A stretch of 64,000 nt of DNA from Mobula hypostoma (lineage: Eukaryota). Of this stretch, positions 50,063 through 63,481 are shown piece after piece. The stretch spans positions 5,456,001 through 5,520,000 of the forward strand of contig NC_086098.1 of NCBI RefSeq assembly GCF_963921235.1, written 5' to 3'. Position 1 is the stretch's first letter; the number at the start of each line of letters is the position of its first letter. Made by a program: the position numbers and the translations under genes. The notes beneath the pieces are model-generated. The model searched no databases, was not told where the DNA came from, and saw only the letters and a list, made by a program, of their open reading frames with translations.

Positions 50063-51295
50063 CAGGGGTCCCCAACCTTTTTTGCACTGCGGGCCGGTTT
50101 AATATTGACAATAATTTTGCAGACCGGCCGACAGGGCGGGGTGGGGTGGGGGGCGGGGGGTAGGGTTGCCAACGGACAAGAGTAGCAGTCAAATACGTTG
50201 TGTTTACCCCGAAAAAGACTACAATGACCATGAAGCCTTGCGCGGGCACTAGTGGGCATGCGTGACTTGCGCATGCGTGTACGTGCTGATTTTTTTCTAC
50301 AAATCGTTTTTGGTGATTCTGTTCGGGGGGGGGGCGGGGAGAGTGTTAATCACGACCGGAATATAGGTGATAAGTGGCTAATACACTCAATTTCGTTTCT
50401 AAAAGGGTTTATCTAATGAATTTAATATTAAACACACAGCACATATTTTCCTCGCATGAATATAGTGATAATTATCAGGGGAGGACAGGGGAGCTTGAAG
50501 TAAGTGTTGAACGAACTTCCAGTAGAAGTGGTAGAGGCAGATTCGATATTATCATTTAAAGAATAATTGGATAGGCATATGGACAGGAAAGGAATGGAGG
50601 GTTATGGGCTGAGTGCAGGTCGGTGGGACTAGGTGAGAATAACGTTTGGCACGGACTAGAAGGGCAGAGATGGCCTGTTTCCGTACTGTAATTGTTATAT
50701 GGTTATATAAGTCACTTATAAGTCAATAGCACCATAATATTTTAAGTAACGTTTGGATATTAAACACACAGCACATACTTTCCCCGTATGAACATATAAA
50801 ATCATTGCAACACACCAATATCGCTGAATCAGTGGGAGCCCTGGGCTTGTTTCCCTGCAACAAGATGGTCCTATCAAGGGGTGGTGGGAGACAGCGATAC
50901 TCGAACGGGGTTCCTTATGTCCAGTCTGCAATTTAGTTTTCGTTGCATTCATTGCAGAGATCTGTTGGAAATGGAAGCAGCATTTTCAATGCTTTTGTGG
51001 CTATCTCATGATATCCATCTTTGACTTTGATCCGGAATGCCGGCAGAGATGTTATGTCAAACATACTTTTCAGTGCGCCGTCATTTGCAAGCTCAAGGAG
51101 TTGATCTTCCCGTGCTGACATGGATGATGTGCGAGTAATGACCTTGTGTGCGTTCAAGCTCAACAGTGGGCTTGACAGGGAATGAAGAAAGGTGCAGCTG
51201 ACTCATATCGCCAAATCATATTGTTTCCTCGCGGCCCGGTAGCACATGCTTTGCAGCCCGGCACCGGTCCGCGGCCCGGTGGTTGGGGACCGCTG
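50063..51295 (-). mobile_element. Non-autonomous hAT (Charlie/Buster-type) element
   Basis: TIRs CAGGGGTCCCCAACC / GGTTGGGGACCGCTG and a perfect 8-bp TSD GTCTAGGT. C-terminal transposase piece EDQLLELAND..EIATKALKMLLPFPT (50933-51163). Internal CR1 3' piece at ~50515-50705. Confidence 0.92.
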
Positions 51296-51473
51296 GTCTA
51301 GGTGACTTATCTACCTTCAGAACTTTCTGCTTCTCAAACATGAGTAGCAACTGCACTCCCCTCTGCCCCCGACACTCGAAATTCCAGCATACTGTGTGTC
51401 TTCAACAGTGAAGATTATGGATCTCCCCCTCCCCCTCCCACTTTCAAATCTCTTACTAGCTCTTCTTTCAGTT

Positions 51474-51509
51474 AGTCCTGATGAAGGGTCTCTGCCTGAA
51501 ACGTCGACT
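51474..51509 (+). ncRNA. Minimal type-I hammerhead ribozyme in PLE pLTR (51418-51610)
   Basis: AGTC-CTGATGA-A-GGGT-CTCT-GCCT-GAAA-C-GTC-GACT. Confidence 0.78.
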
Positions 51510-51619
51510 GTACCTCTTCCTAGATATGCTGCCTGGCCTGCTGCGTTCGCCAGCAACTTTGATGTGTGTTGCTTGAATTTCTAGCATCTGTAGAATTCCT
51601 CGTGTTTGTGTTTTTAAAT

Positions 51620-52560
51620 TCACTTCATCTGCCATTTCCTTGTCCCTAATTACTGCCTCTCCAGCATAATTTTCCAGCGATATCTACTCTCGCCTCTCTT
51701 TTACTCTTCATACAGTATATCTGAAGAAACATTAGGTATCCTCTTTAATATTCTTGGCTAGCTTATCTTCCTATTCCATCTTTGGCTTCTTTATGACGTT
51801 TTAGTTACCTTCTGTTGGTTTTTAAAGGCTTCCCAATCCTCTAATTTACCACTAATTTTTGCTCTAATATATGCCCTCTCTGGCTTTTATGTTGATTTTG
51901 ACTTCTCATGTCAGTCACAGTATCCTGCCTTCAGAATACTTTTTCTTCTTTGGGATGTATTCATCCTGCGCTTTCCAAATTGTTCCCAGGGACTCAAGGC
52001 ATTGCTGTTCTTTCATCATCCCTGCTAGTGTTGCCTTCCAATCAACTTTGGCCAGCTCCTCTCTCATGCTTCTGTAATTCCCTTTACTCCACTGTAATGC
52101 TGATACTGTTGGCTTTACCTTCTCCCTCTCAAATTGTAGGGTGTTGCCAACATGTACCAAGACCTCGGGCTGCTCATCCTTCCCCTTTAGGATGCCATGG
52201 ACTCGATCCGACATGTCCCTGTGCCTGGCACCATGGAGGCAACATACCATCCGGGCGTCTCTATCGCATTGACAGATCCTTGTGTTTAATCCTGTAACAA
52301 TGGAATCCCCTATCACTAGTTCTCTTCTCCTCTCTTCTCCTCTGAGCCAAAGTGCAAGACTCAGTGCCAGAGACCTGGTTGCCCCCCAAACCCCTCCCCA
52401 ACAGTATCCAAAACAGTAAACTTATTGTTGAGGGGAATGGCTACAATTGTACTCTGCACTGGCTGCCCATTTCCTCTCCCTCTCCCGACAGTCACCCAGG
52501 TACTTACCCGCAGCACCTTAGGGATGACTGCATCCCTGTAGCTCCCATCTATCACCTTCT
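51620..52560 (-). mobile_element. CR1 fragments including ORF1 SGNH/GDSL-esterase-like region fused by deletion to ORF2 tether
   Basis: IGDSIV..VCCLHGARHRDMSDRVHGILKG..PEVLVHVG then FEREKVK..WSKGNYRSMREELAKVDW. Confidence 0.85.
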
Positions 52561-53196
52561 CAGGTTCCTGTTTTATAATGAGGAGGTGATAGATAAGGAG
52601 CTACAGGACAATGAATGAAAAACTACACACGCAAAGACAGACAAACCACCAATGTGTAAAAGGCAATAAACTCTGCAAATACAAAAGAAAGAAAGAAACT
52701 AAAATAATAATAATAATAAATAAATAAACAATAAAAATCGAGAACATAAGTTATAGAGTTCTTGAAGGTGAGTCCATAGTTAAATTATCCCCTCTGGTGC
52801 AAGAGCCAGGATTTCACTCTCATGTGGCCAGATCTATTTACAGTTTCACACACTATAAATATGATTGAATGTGAACGACTCTCTGAAGTAACGTAACCTG
52901 CCGTTCATTTCCCATTGCTTCTCTTTGGGGTGCACAATGAATGTTAGTCTTGTCAGCAACATTGATATCCTGTGCAAAAATTTTAAAAGTAGTCAAAAAG
53001 AGGAACCTCATTATAATTATGCACAAAAATACAGAACATGACATTAACAAACATTCAAGATATGACAGGAATCATGCGACCATAGAAATTTGTATCAGGG
53101 TTCATTCAGTCCGATGTCTCTGATTTTTTCTGTGCAACACACACAAAGTGCTGGAGGAACTCAGCAGGTCAGACAGCATCTATGGAGGGGAATAAA

Positions 53197-53234
53197 CAGT
53201 CAACGTTTCAGGCTGAGACCCTTCATCAGGACTG
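53197..53234 (-). ncRNA. Minimal type-I hammerhead in PLE pLTR
   Basis: Minus strand CAGTC-CTGATGA-A-GGGTCTCAGCCT-GAAA-C-GTT-GACTG. Confidence 0.72.
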
Positions 53235-53420
53235 GAAAGGAAGAGAGCAGGAGCCAGTAAAAGGAGGTGGGATGAAGGGAAGGAGTACCCTATAAGCAGG
53301 TCAAAGGCTTCTCCTCTTGCTAAATACAAGAGATTCTCCGGATGCTGGAAATCCAGAGTAACACACACAAAATGCTGGAGGATCTCAGCAGGTTGAGCAG
53401 CAACTATGGAGGAGAATAAA

Positions 53421-53456
53421 CAGTCGATGTTTCGGGCCGAGACCCTCATCAGGAGT
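53421..53456 (-). ncRNA. Minimal type-I hammerhead in adjacent tandem pLTR
   Basis: Minus strand ACTC-CTGATGA-GGGTCTCGGCCC-GAAA-C-ATC-GACTG; stem I imperfect. Confidence 0.6.
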
Positions 53457-53654
53457 TTTTTTCTGGACTTCCAGCGTCAGCAGAATCCTTTGAGTTTCTA
53501 AGTATCTTTTTTCTTTTTCCAGACAGACAAAACAGGACACTGACATTCTTAGCCGGTTATATTTTGCTCCAGTAATAAGTTTCAATACTTATCTCAGAAG
53601 GACAGGGTATTTCTAAAGAAAAGGCAAATTGACAATAGCGGAGGAGGAGTTGAA

Positions 53655-54325
53655 CTATTTTGTGGTGGTGGAGGAGCATAAATACTTGGGTGTTCACCTC
53701 AACAACAGACTTGACTGGAAAACTAACACCAGGGCTGCTTACAAGAAGGAGATGAACAGACTCTAATTTCTAAGGAAGCTGAGATCCTTCAATGTGTGCA
53801 GTAGGATGCTGGAGATCTTCTGTCAGTCTATTGTAGCGAGTTCAGTCTTCCCTGCGGCTTTATGTTGGGGGAGCAGCATCGGTGCTGGTGATGCAAAATG
53901 ACTAAATAAACTCATCAAGAAGGCTGGATCCGTCCTTGGCTACAACCCGGACTCCTGTGAGTTACTGGTGGAGAGGAGGTCACTAAACAAACTGTTATCC
54001 ATTATGGACAATCTGGCACATCCTCTCCATGATCTACTGAATAAGCAGCGGAGCACCCTTTGGAACAGGATCATTCAGCTCTGCTGTCACAAGGATCGTT
54101 ACAGAAAATCTCTCCTACAAAATGCAATAAGCATCAAGGGAACACACATCATAATAAAATAGTCTCTGTTTTAATATTTTGTACATTATTGCACATTGGT
54201 AAATTATTATTGTGTATACTATCATTTTGTACTTTATTATTAGTTACATCTGCACACTGCGAAGTGTGTTTTTAAATTTTGCTACTGTAAGGAAAGAATT
54301 TGCCACTCGGGATCAATAAAATACT
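53655..54325 (+). mobile_element. Rex1/Babar-type LINE 3' fragment
   Basis: KYLGVHLNNRLDW; IMDNLAHPLH..HKDRYRKS. Confidence 0.85.
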
Positions 54326-55121
54326 TATTATTATTAGTATTACTATTATTAATTTAAATGCAAGAGATTCTGCAGATGCTGGAAATCCAGAGCAACTCAC
54401 AGAACATGCTGGAGAAACTCAGAAGGTCAGGCAGCATCAATGGATGGGAATCCACAGTCGATGCTACATCAGGACTGTAACGAAAACCAATTTCCCCCGG
54501 GATCAATAAAGTATGACTATGAAAAGAAGAAAGCAGATTAAGAAAGTGGGAGAGAAAAAGAGTACAAACTGGCAGTTGACTCAATAAACCCCTTCCCTCC
54601 CCCCATCTTCTCATTTTGGCTTCTGTCCCCTTCCTTTCCTGTCCTGATTCAGGGTCTTGGCCTGAAATGTCAACAGTTTATTCCCCTTCACAGATGCTCA
54701 TTGACTTGCTAGATTTCTCCAGCATTTTGTGTGTGTTGTTTCAAATTAACCTCACTCCCCAGAACACAGCGCATTACTTTATATCATATCCAGATGATTT
54801 TTTTAATTTGATGAATTGCAGACCTCCAACATATTCCAAATGAAAATTTAGATCCGATTTCCCCTTTCACTATCGACCATAATTCTGTGCTCTCTAGTTG
54901 TTGACCTTTCAAAGTTCAAGGTAATGTATAATTAACGTGTATTACTACTGCCCTGAGGTTCATCTTATTGCAGGCATTCACAGTAGCACACTGTAGAATC
55001 AATGAAAACATACACACAAACAACAAATCCACCAAAGGCAAGCTGTACAAATACAAACAAAACCGAAAATCAAAGATCAAAGTTCTAAGTGCAATGTGAA
55101 TTTAGTATCAAAGAACATATA

Positions 55122-55985
55122 CAGTGGCATGCAAAAGTTTGGGCACCCGTGGTCAAAATTTCTGTTACTGTGAATATCTAAGCAAGTAAAAGATGACCTG
55201 ATTTCCAAAAGGTATAAAGTTAAAGGTGACACATTTCTTTAATATTTTAAGCAAGACAACTTTTTTATTTCCATCTTTTACAGTTTCAAAATAACAAGAA
55301 AGGAAAAGGGCCCGAAGCAAATGTTTGGGCACTCTGCATGGTCAGTACTCAGTGGCACCCCCTTTGGCAAGTATCACAGCTTGTAAACGCCTTTTGTAGC
55401 CAGCTAAGAGTCTTTCAATTCTTGTTTGGGGGCTTTTCGCTCATTCTTCTTTGCAGAAAGCTTCTAGTTCTATGAGATTCTTGGGCCGTCTTGCAAGCAC
55501 TGCTCTTTTGAGGTCTATCCACAGATTCTCGATGATGTTTATGTCAGGGGACTGTGAGGGCCACGGCAAAACCTTCAGCTTGCGCCTCTTGAGGTAGTCC
55601 ATTGTGGATTTTGAGGTGTGTTTAGGATCATTATCCTGTTGTAGAAGCCAACCTCTTTTCATCTTCAGCTTTTTTACAGACAATGTGATATTTGCTTCCA
55701 GAATTTGCTGGTATTTAATTGAATTCATTCTTCCCTCTACCAGTGAAATGTTCCCCGTGCCACTGGCTGCAACACAAACCCAAAGCATGATCGATCCACC
55801 CCCGTGCTTAACAGTTGGAGAGGGGTTCTTTTCATGAAACTCTGCACCCGTTTTTCTCCAAACATACCTTTGCTCATTGCGGCCAAGAAAGTTCTATTCA
55901 GAAGGTTCAAAGGAACTTCTAAACAAGCCTGATGCATTTTAGAAACAAGTTCTGTGGACTGATGAAGTTAAAATAGAACTTTTTC
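55122..55985 (-). mobile_element. Tc1 transposon (second family): one TIR plus catalytic C-terminal half
   Basis: TA-CAGTGGCATGCAAAAGTTTGGGCAC with an inner direct repeat at ~55317; ORF 55441-55788 LLQQDNDPKH..WPSQSPDINIIENLW. Confidence 0.9.
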
Positions 55986-56384
55986 AAAAGGGTGTGAAAA
56001 AGACAACAAACCACAAATACAAAAAGAAATATGTAATAATAAAAATTAATAAATGAGCAATAAATATTGAGAACTTAAGATGAAGAGTTCTTGAAATTGA
56101 GTCCATAGGTTGTGGGAACATTTCAGTGATGGGGCAAATGAAGTTGAGTGAAGTTATTCCCTCTAGTTCAAGAGAGTGATATAGTGATAATAGTAATGTC
56201 TGCAATTGATATTATCCCAAAGGCACTGCACAATAGGCCTACACGGTAAATTTTCAGAAAGTCACAATATGAAGCACCTCTAGAATAGGCCAAAAGTTCC
56301 TAGCAAATGAGAAATGTGTGTGCTTGGCTATGGTCGCACCACTGGTTTTACCAGCTTGAGCCGAGAGAAAAAAAATAATAAAAT

Positions 56385-57875
56385 TATCAAGATGATGAGA
56401 GGCATTAATCGTGCAGATAGTCAGTGGCTTTTCCCCACGGCTGAAATGGCTAGCATGAGAGGGCACAGTTTTAAGGTGCTTGGAGGTAGGTACAGCAGAG
56501 ATGTCAGTGGTGAATTTTTTACGCAGAGAGTGGTGAGTGCGTGGAATGGGCTGCTGGCGGCAGTGGTGGAGGCGGATACAATAGGATCTTTCAAGAGACT
56601 CCTGGACAGGTACATGGAGCTTAGAAAAATAGAGGGCTATGGGTAACCCTAGGTAATTTCTAAGGTAAGGACATGTTCGGCACAACTTTGTGGGCCGAAG
56701 GGCCTGTACTGTGCTGTAGATTTTCTATGTTTCTAAATAAGCGAATAAATAATACTGAAAGCATGAGTTGTCGAGTTCTTTGGAATTGTTTGAGAGTTGA
56801 GGTGATGGAATTGGGAGCAAGAGAGGAGGTGACTCCCAGGTCTGTGAGTGAAATTTCAAAAGGACCATTTGCAGACTTTGGGTTTTCTCATATGGCCCAG
56901 TTAAATTGCGATTCATTAGCTGGGGCAAATAAAAAGACAGCAGGGATAAGCGGAGTGGTCATTGTTGGAGCAGCTATTGCGTGAGTGGGGAGACTTTGGC
57001 TCATCAGGCTTTGATGAGAACAGGTTTGGGCAAGGTATAGATCTGGTGTATTACTTCTTCATTCTTCATTCTTCGTTTGGTAGTACACAGTTAAAGCAGT
57101 GAGAATGGCTCCAGGGGCTGTGTTGTGTTCTTTGTGTAAGATTTGTCAGGAAGTGTACGATCATACACTTTAATAAAAGGGTTAAAAGCATGGATGTTTT
57201 CTAAATGGGAAGAAAATTCAAAAATCAGAGGTGCAAAGGGATTTGGATTCCCTAAAGACTAACTTGCAGGTTAAGTCAGTGGTGGGATGGCATTTTGAGA
57301 GGATTAGAATATAGAAGCAAGGATGGAGAGCTGAGGCCACTGTTGAGACCTCACTTGGAGTACCGTGAGCAGTTCTGGGCTCCAAACCTAAGAAAGGATG
57401 CGCTGACATTGGAGAGGGTTCAGAGGAGGTTCACAAAAATGATTCCTGGAATGAAAGGCTTACCATGAGGAGAGTTTGATAGCTCTGGGCCTGTATTCAC
57501 TGACATTTAGAAGAATGAAGGGGGATATCATTGAAACCTATTGAATGTTGAAAGGACTCGATAGAGTGGATGTGGAGAGGATGCTTCCTATAGTGTTGGA
57601 GTCTAGGACCAGAGGGATGTCCATTTAGAATGGAGATGAGGATGAATTTCTTTAGCATGAGTGTATTGAATCTGTGGATTCTGTGGCCACAGGAGGCTGT
57701 GGAGGCCAGGAGATAGGCTGTACTTAAGGTGGAGATTGATAAATTCTTGATATTGTCAGAGTGTGAAATGTTATGGGGAGAAGGCAGGAGAATGGGTTTG
57801 AGAATGAAATGAATCAGCCATGATGAAATGGCAGAGCAGACTCGATTGGTCGAACAGCCTAATTCCGTTGCAATG
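56385..57875 (+). mobile_element. Two CR1 3' fragments (~56385-56735 and ~57200-57875)
   Basis: FFTQRVVSAWNGL; LERVQRRFTKMIPG; CR1 3' UTRs. Confidence 0.85.
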
Positions 57876-58436
57876 TTTAGCTTGCATTTTTTACAGTTAT
57901 TTGCAGGTAAAGACAGGGATTATCTAACTGACATGTGGAAATGATAAAGGGATCATTACTTAGAAGTTTTTCCTCTGCTTGGGGAATCCTGAGCATGAAG
58001 TTTAGTTGTCCAGATTTTTTGGTTGGGATGACAGCAAAGCCATCAGTTATTCAACCTTGTTACTTGATGAAGCTGACAGCTACTCTGAAATTTCTTTACA
58101 GAAAACCCCAAGTTGCTGTCAGTAATTCAGTTTTCCTTGGCTCAATGTCTGCAGTTTATTGGCAATGGAAACACAGAAATTTTCTTAAACTGACGTGAAT
58201 TCAAGCTATATATAAAGTAAATCTACTGTAACATAACCAAAAAACACCTTAGTCTTCATTTTGAGGTCTGTGTGTTTTTAATGAAATGCAACTTCACAAT
58301 TACTAATGGAAAAACCAGTTGCTCCAACAATAATATGTGCATTATAAATTGTTTAAATATTTAAAGAAGTAACAATATTTTTCCTTTTATTTTTTGAAGT
58401 TATATATTTCTGAAATGAGGAGTAAGGTGTGAAACA

Positions 58437-58665
58437 GGGCAGCATGGCGTCTTAGTGGTCAGCATAATCCTATTACAGCGCCAGTGACCTGTGTTTGATT
58501 TAGTTACTGTCTGGAATGAGTTTGTACGTTCTCCCTGTGATGGCATGAGGTTCACATGGGTGCTCTGGCTTCCTCGTGCATTCCAAAGATATACAAGTTA
58601 GTGGGTTAATTAGTCACATGGGAGTAACTTTGGGCCAGAAGGGCCTGTTACTGTGCTGCACATTC
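58437..58665 (+). mobile_element. V-SINE
   Basis: tRNA-like head GGCGTCTTAGTGGTCAGC and GAGTTTGTACGTTCTCCC core. Confidence 0.7.
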
Positions 58666-58669
58666 ACTG

Positions 58670-61490
58670 ATTGCCAGGTATGATGTTGTGGCCATCACTG
58701 AATCGTGGCTGAGGGATGGTTGTAGTTGGGAGCTGAATGTCCAAGGTCACACGTTATATCGGAGGGATAAGAAGGTAGGCAAAGGGGATGGCATGGCTCT
58801 ACTGGTAAAGAATGGCATCAGATCAGAAGAAAGATGTGACATAGGATCGGAAGATGTTGAACCCTTGTGGTTTGAGTTAAGAAACTGCAAGAGTAATAGC
58901 AGTTATATATATAGACCTCCCAACAGTGGCTGGGAGGTGGACCACAGATTACAACAGGAAATAGAGAGGTGCGTCAAAAGGGCAATGTTATGGTAGTCAT
59001 GAGAGATTTTAACATGCGGGCCGATTGGGAAAATTAGGTTGGTAATCGATCTCAAGTGAGAGAGTTTGTTGAATGCCTAGGAGATGACTTCTTAGAGCAG
59101 TTTGTCGTTGAGTCTACTAGGGGATCAACTATACTGGATTGGGTGTTATGTTGTGAACCGGAGGCAACTGGGGAGCTTAAGGTAAAAGAACACTTAGGAA
59201 CCAGTGATCACAATATGATTGAGTTCAACTTGAAATTTGATAGGGAGAAAGTAAAGTCTGATGTAGCAGTATTTCAGTGCAGTAAGGGAAATCATAGTGG
59301 TATTAGAGAGAAGTTGGCCAAAGTAGATTGGAAGGAGCTGCTGGCAACGATGTCAGCAGATCAGCAATGGTGTGTGTTTCTGGGAAAAATGAGGAAGATG
59401 CAGGACATGTGCATTCCAAACGTGAAGAAATACTCAAATGGCAAAATAGTACAACTGTGGCTGACAAAGGAAGTCAAAGCTAATATAAAAATAAAAGAGA
59501 GGGCATACAACAAAGCAGAGATTAGTGGGAAGATAAAGGACTGGGAAGTTTTTATAAAAACCTACGGAGAGCAATTAAAAGAATAGTGGATAGTAAAAGC
59601 TTTTTCAAGTATGTAAAAAATAAAAGAGAGATGAGAGTGGACATAGGACCGCTAGAAAATGAGGCAGGAGAAATAATAATGGGGGACATGGATATGGCAG
59701 ATGAACTAAATGAGTATTTTGCATCAGTCTTCACTGTGGAAGACAAGAGCAGTGTGCCAGATGCTGTAGTGTGTGAAGGAAGAGAAGTGGGTGCTGTTAC
59801 TATTACAAGCGAGAAGGTGCTCAAAAAGCTGGAAGACCTAAAGGTACATAAATCACCCGGACCAGATGAACTGCGCCTTAGGGTTCTGAAAGAGTTAGCA
59901 TTAAAGATTGTGGTGGCATAGCAATGATCTTTCAAAAATCATTGGACTCTGGCATGGTGCCAGAGGGCTGGAAAATTGGAAAATGTCACTCTACTCTTTA
60001 AGACAGGAGGAAGGCGGCAGAAAGGAAATTATAGACCAGTTAGTCTGACCTCAGTGGTTGGGAAGGTGTTAGAATCAAATGAATAAGGTGATGAAGTACT
60101 TAGTGACATGAGACAAGATCGGACAAAATCAGCATGGTTTCCTTAAAGAAAATTCTTGCCTAACAAACCTGTTGGAGTTGTTTGAAGAGATTACAAGTAG
60201 GATAGATAAAGAAATGCAGCAGATGTTGACTTTCAGAAAACCTTTGACAAGATGTCACATATGAGGCCGCTTACCAAGTTAAGAATCAGAATCAGAATCA
60301 GATACAGGTTTGTTATCACCGGCATGTTAGGTGAAATTTACATGGTATTGCAGGAAAGCTACTAACATGGTTAGAGCATTGGCTGATTGATAGGAGACAG
60401 GAAGTGGGAATAAAAGGATCCTTGTCTGGTTGGCTGCCGGTGACTAGTGGTGTTCCGCAGGGGTCGGTGTTGGGACTGCTTCTTTTTATGCTGTATATCA
60501 ATGATTTAGATGATGGAATAAATGGCTTTGTTGCCAAGTTCGCAGATGATACAAAGATTGGTGGAGGGGACGTCGTATTGAGCATACAGGTAGGATGCAG
60601 AAGGACTTAGACAGATTAGGAGAATGGGCAAAAAAAATTGGCAAATAAAATAAAATGTTGGAAAATGCATGTTCATTCACTTTGTAGTAGAAATAAATTA
60701 ACGGACTATTTTCTAAACAGGGAGAAAATCCAAAAATCTGAGATGCAAAGGGACTTGGGAGTCCTTGTGCAGAAGACTCTGAAAGTTAACTTGTAGGTTG
60801 AGTCGGTGGTGAGGAAGGCAAATGCAATGTTAGCATTCATTTTGAGAGATCTAGAATACAAGTGCAGGGATGTGATGCTGAGGTTTTATAAGGCACTGGC
60901 GAAGCCTCACCTTAAATATTGCTGAACAGGTTTGGGCTCCTTGTCTAAGAAAAGTTGTGCTGCCATAGGAGAGGGCCCAGAGCCGGTTCACAAGGATGAT
61001 TCCAGGAATGAGAGGGTTATCATACAAGGAACATTTGATAGCTCTGGGTCTGTACTCGCTGGAACTTAGAAGGACAAGGGGGATCTCATTGAAACCTTTC
61101 GAATGTTAAAAGGCCTGGACTGAGTAGATATGGAAAAGATACTTCCCATGGTGGGAGGGTCTAGGACAAGTGGGCACGGCCTCAGGGTAGAGGGGCGTCC
61201 ATTTAAAACAGAGATGCACAGAAATTTCTTTAGCCAGAGGGTGGTGAATTTGTTGAATCTGTTGCCACATGCAGCTGTGGAGGCCAGGTCGTTGGCTGTA
61301 TTTAAGGCAGAGATTGATGGGTTCTTGATTGGACATAGCATCAAAGGTTACGGGGAGAAGGCTGGGAAGTGGGGTTGAGGAGGAGAAAAAACAAGGATCA
61401 GCCAAATTGAATGATGGAACAGGCTCAATGGGCCAAATGGCCGAATTTCTGCCCCTATGTCTTATGGCCTTATGGTGTTATGGTGATGTA
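58670..61490 (+). mobile_element. Near-complete degenerate CR1 ORF2 plus 3' UTR
   Basis: AITESWL, YRPPNS, ILDWVL, HLGTSDH (EN); KSPGPD, PQGSVLG, KFADDTK (RT); tail TATGTCTTATGGCCTTATGG. Confidence 0.93.
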
Positions 61491-61615
61491 TCCCTAAATA
61501 AATAGATTAAGGTGAAATATTTAAAATAGTTATGTATATACCATCTTAGTTTAATATCACAATTAATGTTTAAAATAATGAACCCTCTTATTCTGGTTAC
61601 TTCACACTTCTTTTC

Positions 61616-61653
61616 CAGTCCTGATGAAAGGTCTCGGCCTGAAATGTCGACTG
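61616..61653 (+). ncRNA. Minimal type-I hammerhead ribozyme in isolated PLE pLTR fragment
   Basis: CAGTC-CTGATGA-A-AGGT-CTCG-GCCT-GAAA-T-GTC-GACTG. Confidence 0.78.
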
Positions 61654-62921
61654 TTTGTTGCCCTCCATATATGCTGCTTGATGTGCTTCAGCTTTTTGTG
61701 TACGTACCGGTGTCTGCAGAATCTCATCTTTTTCATTCTTAGTTGTGCTATTTGTGTGAGTTATTTTACTGAAATTGATTTTTCAGCCACCTCGATGACT
61801 TCATAGCAGCTGGATGAATTGTAATGGGGTATTCTTGCCTCAGGTTTCTAGTTCATTGACAGAAGTTTGCGTTGGAGTTAGCGGTGAGCACCACCGGAGT
61901 TAACTTTGTTAATTGTACTAATCCCAGACAAAGATTAAAACTAGAACAAGGCTATCCAAGAGTGAGCTGATGCACAATTCTTCACCCAAACCCCAGTGGA
62001 TATCAACAACTCCCTCCGAAGATGGTGCTGGTGGGGTCAATTGCCAATTCTGAGATGCCTTTATTGAGTAAGAATATCAAAGGTTACAGAAAAAGAAGAC
62101 ATAAATGTGCATGCTGTAATTGAATTGAGAAAAGGCTCAAGAGTTTCATTTTTTAGTTACCTATGGTTCAATGTAAGTTTTGAAACAAAGACAATAAAAC
62201 TGGGCCCAACATATTGATGAAATTACAAAAAGCTCTATTTTTCATTGGAATTTGAAGAGATTTGGTACAGTACTATGTAAAAATACAAGGCACATATATA
62301 TAGCTAGGGTACCAAAGACTTTTGCACAGTACTGTATTTGTCAACGTGGAGAAAAGAGTGAGTTTGGTGGGAGCAAAGGATGCTGGGAATGGTGAGGCTG
62401 GATCGTCATGGGATGGGTGTGGGGCAAGTGGCAGGAGTGTGCAAACACTCCCAGCCCCGAGACACCAGGCAAGATCATTTGATTAAAAAGAATAAGTTTA
62501 TTGATCATTACAGAATGTTTCTGTGATGCCTTCCACATCCTCCCCTCTCCTTTCCCTTTTTCCCAATGATGATTCCTCTCTCCCTAGAGAGCATTCTGAC
62601 CGGTTGTGTTACCGCCTGGTATGGAGGGGCCACTAGCACAGGTTTGTAAATTCAGCCAGCTCAGTCACGCGCTCTTGCCTTCCCTCCATTGGGAACATCT
62701 TCGAAAAGCAATGGTTCAGAAAGGTGGTATCCATGAGCAAGGACCCTTACCATACAGAAGGTTTCTGAAAGGTCCATGAACTGAAGAACACTAGCTCCCT
62801 ATTATCCCCTATTTTTGCACTACTTATTTTTTAAATTTCTTGTTGTAACTGATAAAACACTTTAATATGTATTGAACAGTATTGCTGCTGGTAAACAACA
62901 AATCTCATGACATTTCATAAC

Positions 62922-63245
62922 GGATGGAGATCCGTCTCTACCAAAGGAGGTGTAAGGTCACCCTTGGGCAAGGTGCATCACCAGGGTCATGTGACTCCAT
63001 GGGGCAGGTGATGGATGGTTGTATGAGCAGCTGCTGCATATCACAAGTCCCGGTTATGTGACCACTGACACCAGGCAGACTATCTCTGTAGAGTATTGAT
63101 ATTGGCTGGGGTCACCTGTCTTGTGAAGACACTGCCCAGAAAGCAATAGCAAACCACTTCTGCAGAAAGATTTGTCAAGAATAGTCATGGTCATGACCAT
63201 GATCGCCCACGTCATTCTACACAGTACATAATGAATGAACGAATG
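62922..63245 (+). mobile_element. Short retroposon with RTE/BovB-like segment and (AATG)n tail
   Basis: AAAGCAATAGCAAACCACTTCTG resembles the recalled BovB/Bov-A motif GAAGGCAATGGCAACCCACTCC; microsatellite tail; no tRNA head. Confidence 0.45.
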
Positions 63246-63481
63246 CGGTTTCTGCTTGGAATTAATTTCTGTAACTGTCAGAAAATTCCTTTCACTTGAA
63301 ATACAACTGGTAATTAGTAATATTTAGAAATAGTTAAAATGATTTATTAATACTAATGACATATAAAAATAATGCATCATGTATTTATATAAAGCCACCT
63401 TCAAAATATATAGAACTATTTAAAATATTATTCTTTTTTTAAATCAATTCAAAGAATAAACAAAACTTAGTAAAGGTTGGT

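Noticed and set aside
57896..57905. 10-nt microexon (TTACAG|TTATTTGCAG|GTAAAG)
   Set aside because: Frame-shifting, directly abuts a CR1 end, no further support.
62922..63245. Ribozyme in the BovB-like short element
   Set aside because: Could not assemble HDV or hammerhead helices in this copy.
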